Virus record (IMG/VR): IMGVR_UViG_3300043451_000043
Strand: one strand, 5' to 3'
Length of the DNA stretch: 64,000 nt
Source of the DNA: a virus
This document shows positions 49,169 through 58,591 of this stretch, piece by piece. Each line of letters begins with the position of its first letter. The first letter of the stretch is position 1. The notes below the pieces were generated by a model that worked only from the letters and a program-made list of their open reading frames with translations, searched no databases and had not been told where the DNA came from. A program made the position numbers and the translations under genes.

Positions 49169-49453
49169 TCAGTAGCCCCTTGCCTTGCGGCGTTCTGCCC
49201 AATACGCCTCGTTTTCGGCAGCATCCTTACGAGCACCTACTACGCGCAAGTAGTTGATAGCCAACATGCCGACCACGATAGAGATACCGATCATCAGCAT
49301 CCCTACCCAGAAGTTCGTGCAGAGTTGCCAGAGCACCATCAGCACCCATGTGATTGCGGTGGTTGCGCCCACCACAAAGATAGCGATGCTTTTAAGTGTC
49401 GGTACGGTGGCTTGCCACGCGGCTTTTAAATCGTCTTTAAATTGTTGTTGCAT
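49169..49453 (-). CDS. small membrane protein
   Basis: 94 aa, two hydrophobic helices. Confidence 0.4.
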   Translation of the reverse strand: MQQQFKDDLKAAWQATVPTLKSIAIFVVGATTAITWVLMVLWQLCTNFWVGMLMIGISIVVGMLAINYLRVVGARKDAAENEAYWAERRKARGY

Positions 49454-49658
49454 ATCTTTCCTCCTTACTCACATAGCTGATTCGCAAGAACAGCGCCCAG
49501 CCAAACAACCCAGTGCTGATAGCGTAGAACATGCGGTCTTCCCGAGCCCACATGAATGGGTCGAAGTTGGCACCTACGATAGCCATAAATGGATACACCA
49601 ATGCCGCCGACACAATGAACGGCGTGACGCACAGCGTCATCTCTTTAAGTTCTTTCAT
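49437..49658 (-). CDS. small membrane protein
   Basis: 73 aa, hydrophobic helices. Confidence 0.4.
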   Translation of the reverse strand: MKELKEMTLCVTPFIVSAALVYPFMAIVGANFDPFMWAREDRMFYAISTGLFGWALFLRISYVSKEERYATTI

Positions 49659-50146
49659 TGTGCCACCTCTTTACCTTTAGGCCAACCCAACTTGCTCAAG
49701 TCAGCCACAACATTTGCAAGGGCTGGTAGTGTGGTGATCGGTTTCTCAATCGTCGGGAAGTAGCTCTTGAACTCGGGCAGTCGGTCGTTGAGTTGTTTGA
49801 TAGTGGTACATGCCATGACAGCAGCTTTGAGCGAGTCACGTGCGTTCTGCCGCGCCTTGTCTTCGTCGTGGTATTTCTGCTTGAGCTGGTCAAGGGTCTT
49901 GGTTTCAACATCCCCGATGACCACATCCCGCGTACCCCAGCTACACCCGTCGTATATCAAATCGCCGAAGTGGTGGGTGCGTAACGCGTGCGGTGCCTTC
50001 TTGTACAGCTTGCGGCACTCAGGTGACATGGCCTTGACGATGGCGGCTTGCAGTTCCTCCCTGCGCTTCTTCTTGTCTGGTACCGGCACATCATTCATGA
50101 TGGCGCGGACGATTGCCTCTTTATCCCATTTGGTGATGCGTGACAT
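49655..50146 (-). CDS. hypothetical protein
   Basis: 163-aa ORF. Confidence 0.4.
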   Translation of the reverse strand: MSRITKWDKEAIVRAIMNDVPVPDKKKRREELQAAIVKAMSPECRKLYKKAPHALRTHHFGDLIYDGCSWGTRDVVIGDVETKTLDQLKQKYHDEDKARQNARDSLKAAVMACTTIKQLNDRLPEFKSYFPTIEKPITTLPALANVVADLSKLGWPKGKEVAQ

Positions 50147-50330
50147 TTGATTCCCCTTTGATGATTGGTTTTACATGGCATGAATGGTGGAGGGTGCTGA
50201 GACCCTCCCCCTCTAGTTGGCAGACGTACCGCCATTTGTTCTTCCACAGGTAGCGCCCGAGGAACGTGAACCGTTGGCCTGTACGTTTGAGCATGAATCT
50301 CGCCCCTTCGGGCAGCTCCCGTAGAAACAT
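50121..50330 (-). CDS. hypothetical protein
   Basis: Start assigned to the internal Met (MFLREL) so that it abuts the SPFH gene stop. Low certainty. Confidence 0.3.
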   Translation of the reverse strand: MFLRELPEGARFMLKRTGQRFTFLGRYLWKNKWRYVCQLEGEGLSTLHHSCHVKPIIKGESNVTHHQMG

Positions 50331-51133
50331 CACTTCACGTGAATGAATGGCGTGGCGTTGCCCGACATAGTGGCAGGCAGCTTGCCGTCCCACTTCTTGA
50401 TGGCTTCGAGGTCAACGAACTGCTGGCCGCCCTGTGCTGACACGGCAGATGCCTTGATACGGATTGCATCGGCTACACCCTGAGCCTCGACACGCATACG
50501 CTCGGCTTCGGCCTTGGCCAACTCAACTTCCTTCTGCTTGGCGTTGATCTGGAATTGGCGGTTGGCCGCTTCCATGATGGCCTTCTCAAGTGCGGGGTCG
50601 GTCACGAGGTTACGCACGTTGGCACTACGCACAAAGAACCAGCCCTTACCTGCTGACTCGTCGAGGTCCTTCTGCAACTGCTTGACCACATCGGCAGCGA
50701 TTGACGTGCGCTCAGTGTGTACCGTGGCAGAGCCGTACTTGGTCACCGTGTTGTAGATGTTCTCACGTGCTTGGCGGGTCACATAGTTCATACCGATGCG
50801 TGCGCCGTCTTCGCCCTTCTCATAGGTTACGTCGCCCGGCCAGCGGGTCATGATGTCCGCAGCTTTGCTTGGGTCGATCTGAATGTAGATGTCCACGTCC
50901 AAGTCAGACAGTGTGATCTTGTCGCTTGTCTGCGGCTTCATGTCGTCGAACTTCAGCAAGAGTTCTTTTGCAGATACCTCGGTCACACGTTTGAACATGG
51001 TGAAGTACACGCCCGGCGGCATGGTCTCATGCTTGACCTGACCCAGCGTGGATTCCACACCGATGTTGCCCGTGTCGATTTGTGAACATGCTGTCAGCCA
51101 GACAGCGGCGAATGCGATTAAAAGTCGTTTCAT
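50330..51133 (-). CDS. SPFH/band-7 (prohibitin/HflKC-like) domain lipoprotein
   Basis: MKRLLIAFAAVWLTAC is a signal peptide plus lipobox. Body has the SPFH-like arrangement with a C-terminal coiled coil AKAEAERMRVEAQ. Confidence 0.55.
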   Translation of the reverse strand: MKRLLIAFAAVWLTACSQIDTGNIGVESTLGQVKHETMPPGVYFTMFKRVTEVSAKELLLKFDDMKPQTSDKITLSDLDVDIYIQIDPSKAADIMTRWPGDVTYEKGEDGARIGMNYVTRQARENIYNTVTKYGSATVHTERTSIAADVVKQLQKDLDESAGKGWFFVRSANVRNLVTDPALEKAIMEAANRQFQINAKQKEVELAKAEAERMRVEAQGVADAIRIKASAVSAQGGQQFVDLEAIKKWDGKLPATMSGNATPFIHVK

Positions 51134-51143
51134 GTATCTCTCC

Positions 51144-51380
51144 TTAAAAGATTTTTCCGGAACCAAAAGTAGCTTGCGTCATGAACGCCAGCCATACGAG
51201 TAAGAACAATGCCACCACCTTGAACAGATGTGTGCCACGGAACTTACGCAAAGCGTCCTTGGCCTCGCTCGGCAGGTAGTACCAACCGAAGTAGCCAATG
51301 AACACAATTAGGGTGAGGGCAATGAGATGTTTCATTTCCACGTCCTCCACATATAGACACCGATAAATATCCACATGCAC
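51144..51380 (-). CDS. small membrane protein
   Basis: 78 aa, two TM helices. Confidence 0.4.
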   Translation of the reverse strand: MHVDIYRCLYVEDVEMKHLIALTLIVFIGYFGWYYLPSEAKDALRKFRGTHLFKVVALFLLVWLAFMTQATFGSGKIF

Positions 51381-51637
51381 ACACCGATAGCCAAGTACGC
51401 CTTGTCTTGCCAGCGTTGCTCAGGTGGGTAGAACGATTCCATGCCGTCACCTAGATGGCGGAACGCATCGTCTGTTGTGCGTGGGAAGCACCGTGTCGTA
51501 GGGCAACCGTGGTTGTCGATGTAGTGCTGGGCACGTTCACGTGTCGATGCACGTACAACCTTGGGCTTCTTATAGATAGCGACGAGCAGCCTACGCTTGA
51601 CTCGCGTCTTGATGATTGTGTAGATACGGTTAAACAT
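51332..51637 (-). CDS. hypothetical protein
   Basis: 101 aa, TM near the C-terminus. Confidence 0.35.
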   Translation of the reverse strand: MFNRIYTIIKTRVKRRLLVAIYKKPKVVRASTRERAQHYIDNHGCPTTRCFPRTTDDAFRHLGDGMESFYPPEQRWQDKAYLAIGVCMWIFIGVYMWRTWK

Positions 51638-51963
51638 TATTTAATCTCTCCAAAAAATCTGCCTTGGGTTGGGTCCCCAGTGCCGTCATAGAAAGCACTC
51701 ATCTTGTCTTGTGCCATGTCAATGATGACCTTACGCTTCTTCACAAGATGCTTGCTGTTCTCAGACACCAGCCAGTACGCGTCACCGATGCGGTGGCCGA
51801 TGGATTTAATCTCACCCATAGGGTCAACCATACTGAGCAATGCCACATCCTTGCGTACCCAATCGGGCAACGCCTCGTCCGTGAACGTAGCACTGGGGCC
51901 GATCGTGTCTGTCGTGTTCTCAAGGTAGCACGTCAGCGACCAGCGCCCGCTTGGTTTGCGCAT
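51637..51963 (-). CDS. hypothetical protein
   Basis: Start assigned to the internal Met (MRKPSG) downstream of the VWA gene stop. Confidence 0.35.
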   Translation of the reverse strand: MRKPSGRWSLTCYLENTTDTIGPSATFTDEALPDWVRKDVALLSMVDPMGEIKSIGHRIGDAYWLVSENSKHLVKKRKVIIDMAQDKMSAFYDGTGDPTQGRFFGEIK

Positions 51964-52006
51964 TACTCGGTATAGGTAGTCTGGGTGTCGTTGCAATTTC
52001 TTTCCT

Positions 52007-53176
52007 TCACATATGAACGGTAACGCCGTTAGCAGCGGTGATATGTCGGTTGTCAGCGATACACCAGAGTATTGGCGCAGGCCAATCGGTGCCCCAGCTT
52101 CCGAAGACTTCACCGTCTGTAAGCATGACGATACAGTCGGGTTTGATATTGTGCTCATTGAGATAGGCAGACATGCACTCGGGGTCGGTGCCGCCGCCAC
52201 CTTTAGGCTTAGTGGATTCGCGCAGTGTTGATAGCGCGGCTTCGTCATAGGTTTCGTGTGCTGCAACGTTGTGCCCCCAGTAAATCAGATCGACCATCTC
52301 AGGCTTCACAGAATCAAAAATTGATTGCGCCTCGGACAAGAAAGCAGCCAGTTCCTTGTTGCCAATAGAGCCAGACGTGTCTACGCCCACCGCGATGCGG
52401 AAGATGCGATCACTGAAGGTTGTGGGCAACATCAGGTCTTGGCTTTGGAAACGTCGATTGATACGACGATAGCTTGAGTAGTCGTCGCCAACCTTACTGT
52501 TCGTGATGAACTCACGCAACGCCTCACGCCAATCAACCTTAGGCTCCAGCATGTCGAGTAGGGCGCGGTCAACGTTCACGCCAGCCTTGGATGCAAGGAT
52601 GCCGCCTTGACGCAACGCGCCGTCAATCGTGCGGGCCAGCTCATCCACCTCATCAGGTGTCATGTCTTCGGTGCTGTCCCAATCGTGTTGGTCGAAGCCT
52701 GCATTGCCAGACTTACCTGCGGAGCTGCCACCGTTGGGGTACTGTTGCTTGAGCTTGCGGAACACCTCACCTGCGTCCATGCCACGGTACTGCTCGTCGA
52801 GGCAACCACCATCAGGCAGTTTGACGAAACGATCTTTGAGGTAGCGGTCGTTGATCGGCAGGTTGATAACGAAGTCACACGCCATGTTCGCAAGCATGGG
52901 GTCTTCCTTATACATCCAGCGCCAGATGAACGTGTGCTTAAACGCGCAGTGCATCTTCTCATGCAACACCAAACCCATCAGCTCTTGGTCAGACAAGGTA
53001 GCAATGAATTGTTGGCTGTACTTGGTGTTCACGCCATCGGTACATGCGGTCACCGCAGGGTCATCGACCACTTCGGTTTTGCCATACATGATGATGCCAG
53101 CAAGCATCATGTACTCAGGGTCACGGATGAGTGACACGTGAGCGCGTTCGAGTCGCTGTTGTGGTGTTAAGTTCAT
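52007..53176 (-). CDS. VWA domain protein with N-terminal putative metallopeptidase (HExxH) domain (DUF2201/VWA-like architecture)
   Basis: LVLHEKMHCAF contains HExxH. VDTSGSIG is a D-x-S-G-S MIDAS motif. Partnered with the MoxR ATPase. Confidence 0.6.
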   Translation of the reverse strand: MNLTPQQRLERAHVSLIRDPEYMMLAGIIMYGKTEVVDDPAVTACTDGVNTKYSQQFIATLSDQELMGLVLHEKMHCAFKHTFIWRWMYKEDPMLANMACDFVINLPINDRYLKDRFVKLPDGGCLDEQYRGMDAGEVFRKLKQQYPNGGSSAGKSGNAGFDQHDWDSTEDMTPDEVDELARTIDGALRQGGILASKAGVNVDRALLDMLEPKVDWREALREFITNSKVGDDYSSYRRINRRFQSQDLMLPTTFSDRIFRIAVGVDTSGSIGNKELAAFLSEAQSIFDSVKPEMVDLIYWGHNVAAHETYDEAALSTLRESTKPKGGGGTDPECMSAYLNEHNIKPDCIVMLTDGEVFGSWGTDWPAPILWCIADNRHITAANGVTVHM

Positions 53177-53177
53177 A

Positions 53178-53555
53178 TTACCTCCGGCCTATCGGCCCTT
53201 TCGATCTGAGTTTCTTGAGTTCGGCTAAGTCTTTGCTTACCTGCTCGGCGTGTCGCTTCACAGCTTCGTCAACCATCGGCCCGAGGAGCCGCTGTACTTC
53301 GCTACCCACACCATCAGCCAGTATCAAGCGCAGGTTACGTTGCAATTGGTCTTCAAAGTAATGCTTGAGTGGTGTGCGCATGGTTTTAAGCTCTGCGTCA
53401 ACCAGCTTGCCTGATACCCAACTGCAAACCTCGGGGCGATCGAACACCGCCGCCATAGCTGCGTGGATACGGTCAGTCACAACGTCGCCGTCTTTCAACA
53501 GCATCCACGCATCAGCCTTTTGCTTTTCTTCTGGTGTCATCGTGAGCCCTTCCAA
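53178..53555 (-). CDS. hypothetical protein
   Basis: 125-aa ORF between the VWA and MoxR genes. Confidence 0.4.
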   Translation of the reverse strand: MEGLTMTPEEKQKADAWMLLKDGDVVTDRIHAAMAAVFDRPEVCSWVSGKLVDAELKTMRTPLKHYFEDQLQRNLRLILADGVGSEVQRLLGPMVDEAVKRHAEQVSKDLAELKKLRSKGPIGRR

Positions 53556-53848
53556 GGTAGGGGTTGAATTGCATTCTGGTTGTTAGCTATCTGACCAGAT
53601 GTGTTGCTGGCAAACTGCGAGTTGTATATCTGCTGTGCCATTTGATTCTTGGTGTTCATCATCGACTGCGCCAGACTGTTCTGATACTGCTGTGATTGAT
53701 ACGCCATACGCTCCCGCTCAAGGGTATCGAGCGCGTTTTGTATTAGCTGTGGGTTCTTCAGAAGCACGGCGAGAATCTTCTTCTCGACGGCTTCATCCGC
53801 AGACAACAGTATGGCGGCGTTCGCTTTGTTGTTATCTTTCTCGTTCAT
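53537..53848 (-). CDS. Q/N-rich hypothetical protein
   Basis: Start at the internal Met (MNEKDNN), giving ATGA coupling with the MoxR stop. Confidence 0.35.
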   Translation of the reverse strand: MNEKDNNKANAAILLSADEAVEKKILAVLLKNPQLIQNALDTLERERMAYQSQQYQNSLAQSMMNTKNQMAQQIYNSQFASNTSGQIANNQNAIQPLPWKGSR

Positions 53849-53852
53849 GGCA

Positions 53853-54908
53853 TCACACGAACATGTATTGATTCTGGATAGCGAAGCCCGTGAACTTGCT
53901 GTTGTCGAGCACGAACGCCTTGCTGTCTTTCTTGATAGCAGTGGTGCAGAACAACGCTTGCATTTCCTTGGGCATACGTGCCATGTAATCCATCCACGCA
54001 TCGAGTGTGCCTTCCTCAACCCAGTTCAACGCTTGGTGAGTCAGCATCATCTTGCCTGCGATTTCCTTAGGCATCTTGGCGTTCTCAGGGTCAGCAAGAA
54101 TCTCGGCACGCTTGGGCAACGAGTCACCCATAGCAATCCACGCTTGCAAGTCAACGGTAGCTGGCGCACCGATGGTGCCGATCAGTGCCACCTCAAGCGC
54201 GTTGTTGGTGAAGCGATGACGGTTGTTCACGATCTTGCTGGCCTGTGTCAACGAGCGGTGTGTCACGAACGCAGTGCGTTGTGCCTTGGGGTGGAAGATG
54301 TATGGGTTGTCGTTCGGGTCTTGGTAGTGATCGAACGGTGCCAACGCCTCGGGGCGCTCACCTGCCCACATGATGATCTCAGGTGCCACGCCATTGAGTG
54401 ATGCGTAGTCGTCAATCCATTCCTTAGCGGTAGGCTTGGCCATCTTCACGAATGATAGGCGGTTGCGGTGGTGTGCTTGGAACGTATCGCCCACAGACTC
54501 AGAGCCTAGGTTGGTCGTTGCAAACACGATGCTGTCAGGGTGCAGGTATTGGTTACCCAAGCGGCGCTCAACCAGCAGAGGTAGGGCCGCATCTTTCACA
54601 GGCTTGGATGCCTTACCCATCTCGTCCAGCATGAGGACGACAGGCGTGTTGTCGTGCATACCCAGCGAAGCGTTGGGGTAGAACTCAGATGACTTGGTTG
54701 CGTGGTCAACAGCAGGTACACGGAAGTCACCCTCGTGCATCACAGTCATGTCGAGGTACATCTTGCGGTGCGTAGGGAAACGCTTGGCCACCATGTCGAT
54801 CAAAGATGATTTACCAGAACCGATGTGGCCCTCAACAATAGTGGTCACGTCAGCGCCAGTGGCGGAGATAAAGTCAACGGTCTCGTTGTAGTTCATGTGA
54901 GCTTGCAT
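53853..54908 (-). CDS. MoxR-family AAA+ ATPase
   Basis: Walker A GHIGSGKSS, Walker B VVLMLDEMGKA. Size and arrangement as in MoxR/CbbQ-like ATPases. Confidence 0.65.
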   Translation of the reverse strand: MQAHMNYNETVDFISATGADVTTIVEGHIGSGKSSLIDMVAKRFPTHRKMYLDMTVMHEGDFRVPAVDHATKSSEFYPNASLGMHDNTPVVLMLDEMGKASKPVKDAALPLLVERRLGNQYLHPDSIVFATTNLGSESVGDTFQAHHRNRLSFVKMAKPTAKEWIDDYASLNGVAPEIIMWAGERPEALAPFDHYQDPNDNPYIFHPKAQRTAFVTHRSLTQASKIVNNRHRFTNNALEVALIGTIGAPATVDLQAWIAMGDSLPKRAEILADPENAKMPKEIAGKMMLTHQALNWVEEGTLDAWMDYMARMPKEMQALFCTTAIKKDSKAFVLDNSKFTGFAIQNQYMFV

Positions 54909-54925
54909 AGTAGTCTTTCAGTTGG

Positions 54926-55792
54926 TTAGATTTCAAGTTGGAATTTTTCTACGAGGTCATTCATCTTTGTCTTGACTGACTCACGTAGCTCAGGGGACTC
55001 ACGTAGGGATTTGATGTCTACGTTCTCTAATGACAGCTCAAGCTGTCGTCGTGCTTCTTCTAGCTTGGGGTCGTCCAGCACGTTAAGCGATTTCAATGTC
55101 TCGCACAAACGCAGGGCGTTCTCAAGCATGGATGCAAACAACTTCGATGGCTTGCCATCTTCTTTGGGCACCATCTTGTTGCGGATGTGGGTGATCTCTA
55201 GATACAACCTATCCCACGGCTCGATCATGGCATCCTCAAGGCGGTCACGCATGGTCGCTTCGAACTTGTCCTTGAGCTGCTGTGCGGCCTCGGCAGGTAT
55301 GTCTACACGGAAGTCACCAGACTCAGGCACAGGTGTGAAGTGGTAGCGTAGGGCAAACTTCTTATGGAGGTCTGACGCGTCAGGGTACTCTTTCGAATCG
55401 AAAAGTTTTCCCAGCTTGAAAGCCTGTGCTGCTACCTTTGTCGAGTAGTTATTCACAAACCTATCCACAAGCGCGTTGAACTGTTGCTCGTGCTGATTCA
55501 GCTCGTGGCTAATGTCGAAGAACGCTTTGGTTGGTACCAAGCGTGTGCCTGTGTCTGACCACGGCAGAGTCACCTGATACAACCATGTGCGCACCAAGCC
55601 AGCGTACGAATTGATCGCGGCTAGGTCATCGTCCTCAGCAAACAGATTCTTGTGAACCGATGTAGCTGAAGCACGTGCGCCCTTGGCCAAGCTAACCTCG
55701 TTGGCTGTTGCCTTGTCTTGCTTGCGCCCTGTGTACACAGAGATGTTTAAGTCGAGCAGCATCGCACTCGACGAGAGTGATTTATGTTTCAT
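54926..55792 (-). CDS. hypothetical protein (first gene of the MoxR-VWA cluster)
   Basis: 288-aa ORF. Confidence 0.45.
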   Translation of the reverse strand: MKHKSLSSSAMLLDLNISVYTGRKQDKATANEVSLAKGARASATSVHKNLFAEDDDLAAINSYAGLVRTWLYQVTLPWSDTGTRLVPTKAFFDISHELNQHEQQFNALVDRFVNNYSTKVAAQAFKLGKLFDSKEYPDASDLHKKFALRYHFTPVPESGDFRVDIPAEAAQQLKDKFEATMRDRLEDAMIEPWDRLYLEITHIRNKMVPKEDGKPSKLFASMLENALRLCETLKSLNVLDDPKLEEARRQLELSLENVDIKSLRESPELRESVKTKMNDLVEKFQLEI

Positions 55793-55810
55793 GATTTCCT
55801 ACCGGTAGGA

Positions 55811-56272
55811 TTAAGCAGTGCGCAAGATTTCGATCTTGTTCGTGGTCTTGTTGGTGCACACCTTGTGCGAGTCATTGCCGAAGCACTTGGCCGCAGCGTT
55901 GGACACCGTACTGAGCAAGTCGTGCAGATTCACGTCACACATAATCATCTCAGGGGTCAAGCCAATCTCGGCCACATCACCAACCTTGAGGCATTCAACG
56001 TAAGGCAAGACTGCGTTGCGCATCGAACCGTATGGCATTTTCAAAGCGCGGCGTTTGGCTTCTTTTTTGGGGGGCTTGGCGGCCACCAGTTCCAAAGAAC
56101 CCTGCGTGATAGTCGTGCCATCGCTCAAGCGAATGATGTACTCAGTACCAGCCACAGCCAGTAGGCGCAGCGCCTGCTCGATGGTACGTTTGACAATCTC
56201 AGGCGCAGTAGATGCGGCGAGAGTAGGGTTTGTTACTTGGTTCACGGTGCGTGAGTTGTTTGCGTTTGTCAT
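55811..56272 (-). CDS. hypothetical protein
   Basis: 153-aa ORF, RBS GGAGA. Confidence 0.45.
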   Translation of the reverse strand: MTNANNSRTVNQVTNPTLAASTAPEIVKRTIEQALRLLAVAGTEYIIRLSDGTTITQGSLELVAAKPPKKEAKRRALKMPYGSMRNAVLPYVECLKVGDVAEIGLTPEMIMCDVNLHDLLSTVSNAAAKCFGNDSHKVCTNKTTNKIEILRTA

Positions 56273-56341
56273 AGAAGTTTCTCCAGTTAATTTGTTTACA
56301 TGATGAAGTTTACATCATAAAGTTGGTTGTGTCAAGTATGT

Positions 56342-56737
56342 TTAGGGTTTCATCCAATCGGGTGCCTCCGTATAGTCAGCACCGAAATACTTACTGATAC
56401 GTAGCTGCATACCATCGCCCGTCCTGAAGAAGTGATCTTCAGCGGCCTTGATAGTCATGATGTCATCACCATCACAGTCAATGTGGATATACGCCTCGTC
56501 GTTGTGCTGGTACTTGTCACACCTGCTGTCCTTAGTAGCGTGCCACTTGTCGTTGGCTGGTGTCATCCACACATAGTCGTAGTTACCGTTGTACCCACGC
56601 ACCTCGTCAGGTATCTCAGCAGGTAGCTTGGGGTTCAGCTTCAACACGCAGTGCATCTCGGTATCTTCTACCGTGTAGTTTGAATAGCCTGTGTCACGTG
56701 TGAACAGGAACTTACATTGCAAGCATGAGTTACTCAT
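56342..56737 (-). CDS. hypothetical Cys-rich protein
   Basis: Start at MSNSCLQCKF. Has CxxC. Confidence 0.4.
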   Translation of the reverse strand: MSNSCLQCKFLFTRDTGYSNYTVEDTEMHCVLKLNPKLPAEIPDEVRGYNGNYDYVWMTPANDKWHATKDSRCDKYQHNDEAYIHIDCDGDDIMTIKAAEDHFFRTGDGMQLRISKYFGADYTEAPDWMKP

Positions 56738-57164
56738 TGGGTATCTCCCTCGATTGAATGTCCGTGATGGGGTCAACAGCGCGTAGCTGTGCGGCTAGGT
56801 TCTCAAGCTGTGCCTTGACGAACGCCATGTTGCGGTACACCTCGGAGTAGCCGGGATTGCTGAAGCTATACCTCGTGTGCAGGTACGGTGATATGTCACC
56901 TGCGTGGCCGCAGTCGAAGCCCATCTTCGTGCCGCTGTTGAATGTGATGCCACCATGCACAGCTAAGTCAGGCTCAGTCTCACTAGCCAGCGGATGATGT
57001 GCGCCCATGTATACGTAGCCACATAGGTGGCCAAGCTCAGGGTGCCGCTTCACTTCGCACCAATACCCATGCGATACGAACAGCGCGTTGTCGGGCTCAA
57101 GCTCCCACTCAGGTACAGGCTCGGCTCGGTCAGGTACGTTAATCATGTGGTTCATGTCGTTCAT
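56730..57164 (-). CDS. hypothetical His/Cys-rich protein
   Basis: 144-aa ORF. Confidence 0.4.
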   Translation of the reverse strand: MNDMNHMINVPDRAEPVPEWELEPDNALFVSHGYWCEVKRHPELGHLCGYVYMGAHHPLASETEPDLAVHGGITFNSGTKMGFDCGHAGDISPYLHTRYSFSNPGYSEVYRNMAFVKAQLENLAAQLRAVDPITDIQSREIPNE

Positions 57165-57173
57165 GTTGGTTCC

Positions 57174-57677
57174 TTAGTTGTCGAAGAAGAAAACGAATCG
57201 GAAGTCAGTGGCGTCATCTTCTTCGCGCACGTTCACCCCACAATAGGTTTCTAGAAATAGAAGAACAGCACGGTTAGCCCCATACTCCAGCACATCCTTT
57301 GCGTATTGCTTTTGCAGGTGGCCTATCGTTTCATCGTTCTGTTCATCAACGGCCTCGATGTACTTGGCTACAAACTCAGGCGCTAAACAATGCGAATGGC
57401 TATGCCCATCCCCTCGCCACTCAGTGACGTACTGCGTGTATAGGGGCGACGCATCTGGTGGTATACCCCTTGGCGCAGGGCCCTCACCACGCACGCCAGC
57501 TAGCTTGGCAAACAATCGGTAGAACCTACCTTCTACTTGCCAGAACAGCGCGCTTGACCAACTACGGTCGCCGTCCATACCAAATGCTATGCGTGATGCT
57601 GGTGCAAAGGTTTGCACAGTCGCCCACTCGCCGTTCTTCAATCGCTTCTCAGCGTACAGGTGAATGTCTGCGCCCAT
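57174..57677 (-). CDS. hypothetical protein
   Basis: 167 aa, contains HSHSHC. Confidence 0.4.
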   Translation of the reverse strand: MGADIHLYAEKRLKNGEWATVQTFAPASRIAFGMDGDRSWSSALFWQVEGRFYRLFAKLAGVRGEGPAPRGIPPDASPLYTQYVTEWRGDGHSHSHCLAPEFVAKYIEAVDEQNDETIGHLQKQYAKDVLEYGANRAVLLFLETYCGVNVREEDDATDFRFVFFFDN

Positions 57678-57678
57678 G

Positions 57679-57864
57679 TCATGCCCCTACTTTCTTTTTG
57701 AAATCTTCGAACGCTTGCACCATCTTGTTACGTGCTGACTCGTCTTCGATCAACACCTTCAAGAAGAATCGTGTCTTTTGTTCTTCGTCGCGATACTTGA
57801 GCGCGAAGCCTGTTGCCAATGCTGCCCATGTGAACAGCACGATTTCTGTGATTGAGATTTCCAT
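57679..57864 (-). CDS. hypothetical small protein
   Basis: 61-aa ORF, one TM. Confidence 0.35.
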   Translation of the reverse strand: MEISITEIVLFTWAALATGFALKYRDEEQKTRFFLKVLIEDESARNKMVQAFEDFKKKVGA

Positions 57865-57865
57865 G

Positions 57866-58099
57866 TCATTTCCTTTTTAACATTAGGTAAGTGATGATCT
57901 TGTCGCTGTGCTTGGCCACTTCGTGCCACATCTCAGCGGGTAGCAAGGTCTTGCCTTGGTTGCTCTCGTTCAGCGAGTTGTCGCTGTTGAGCGTGTAATG
58001 TGCGCTGTACATCGTCATCTTCTTCCAGTAGTAGATGCGCACGTAGTTGTCTTTGTCGTACACATATACGCTCAGCTTGCCCCATTTGAAGTCACTCAT
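57866..58099 (-). CDS. hypothetical small protein
   Basis: 77-aa ORF. Confidence 0.35.
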   Translation of the reverse strand: MSDFKWGKLSVYVYDKDNYVRIYYWKKMTMYSAHYTLNSDNSLNESNQGKTLLPAEMWHEVAKHSDKIITYLMLKRK

Positions 58100-58368
58100 C
58101 AGTTGCTACCCAGTATGAGTAGCACCCTCGCCTTGGGCAATGCCGCATCGAAGTAGGCTTGCACCCGCTTCGGTAGCCGTGGCACTTCCTCGAATGGTTC
58201 GGTGGTGTTCGGCGAGTATTGGTACATCGGTGCGCTGATAGCCAACGTCTCTTTGTCCCGATACAGGTGCATCTCCCACTCGCGTTTACGTACTGAGAAC
58301 TGCACCCATATGTCCACGTACTCAGCGTCTTGCGACATGTCGTATTCGAGCTTCACGTTACCCCCCAA
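58099..58368 (-). CDS. hypothetical small protein
   Basis: 89-aa ORF. Confidence 0.35.
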   Translation of the reverse strand: MGGNVKLEYDMSQDAEYVDIWVQFSVRKREWEMHLYRDKETLAISAPMYQYSPNTTEPFEEVPRLPKRVQAYFDAALPKARVLLILGSN

Positions 58369-58591
58369 GAATCAAAATGGTTTTCAGTTTGTCGAGATGC
58401 TTTTGTACCTCGATGCGGAATGGGCGCGGTGCGTCTTTGCAGATGACTAACCTTGGTGCGCTGTTCTCGATGAACATACTTGCGTGTGCAAACGGTACGT
58501 TGGGGTGATAGATGCTCAACCCATGTGAAGTACGCTCCACCCACATCGTGCCCGACAGGTGTATGGTTTTTGTTGGGTGTCCCATAGTCAT
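58358..58591 (-). CDS. hypothetical small protein
   Basis: Start at the internal Met (MTMGHP) with ATGA coupling. Confidence 0.3.
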   Translation of the reverse strand: MTMGHPTKTIHLSGTMWVERTSHGLSIYHPNVPFAHASMFIENSAPRLVICKDAPRPFRIEVQKHLDKLKTILILGG

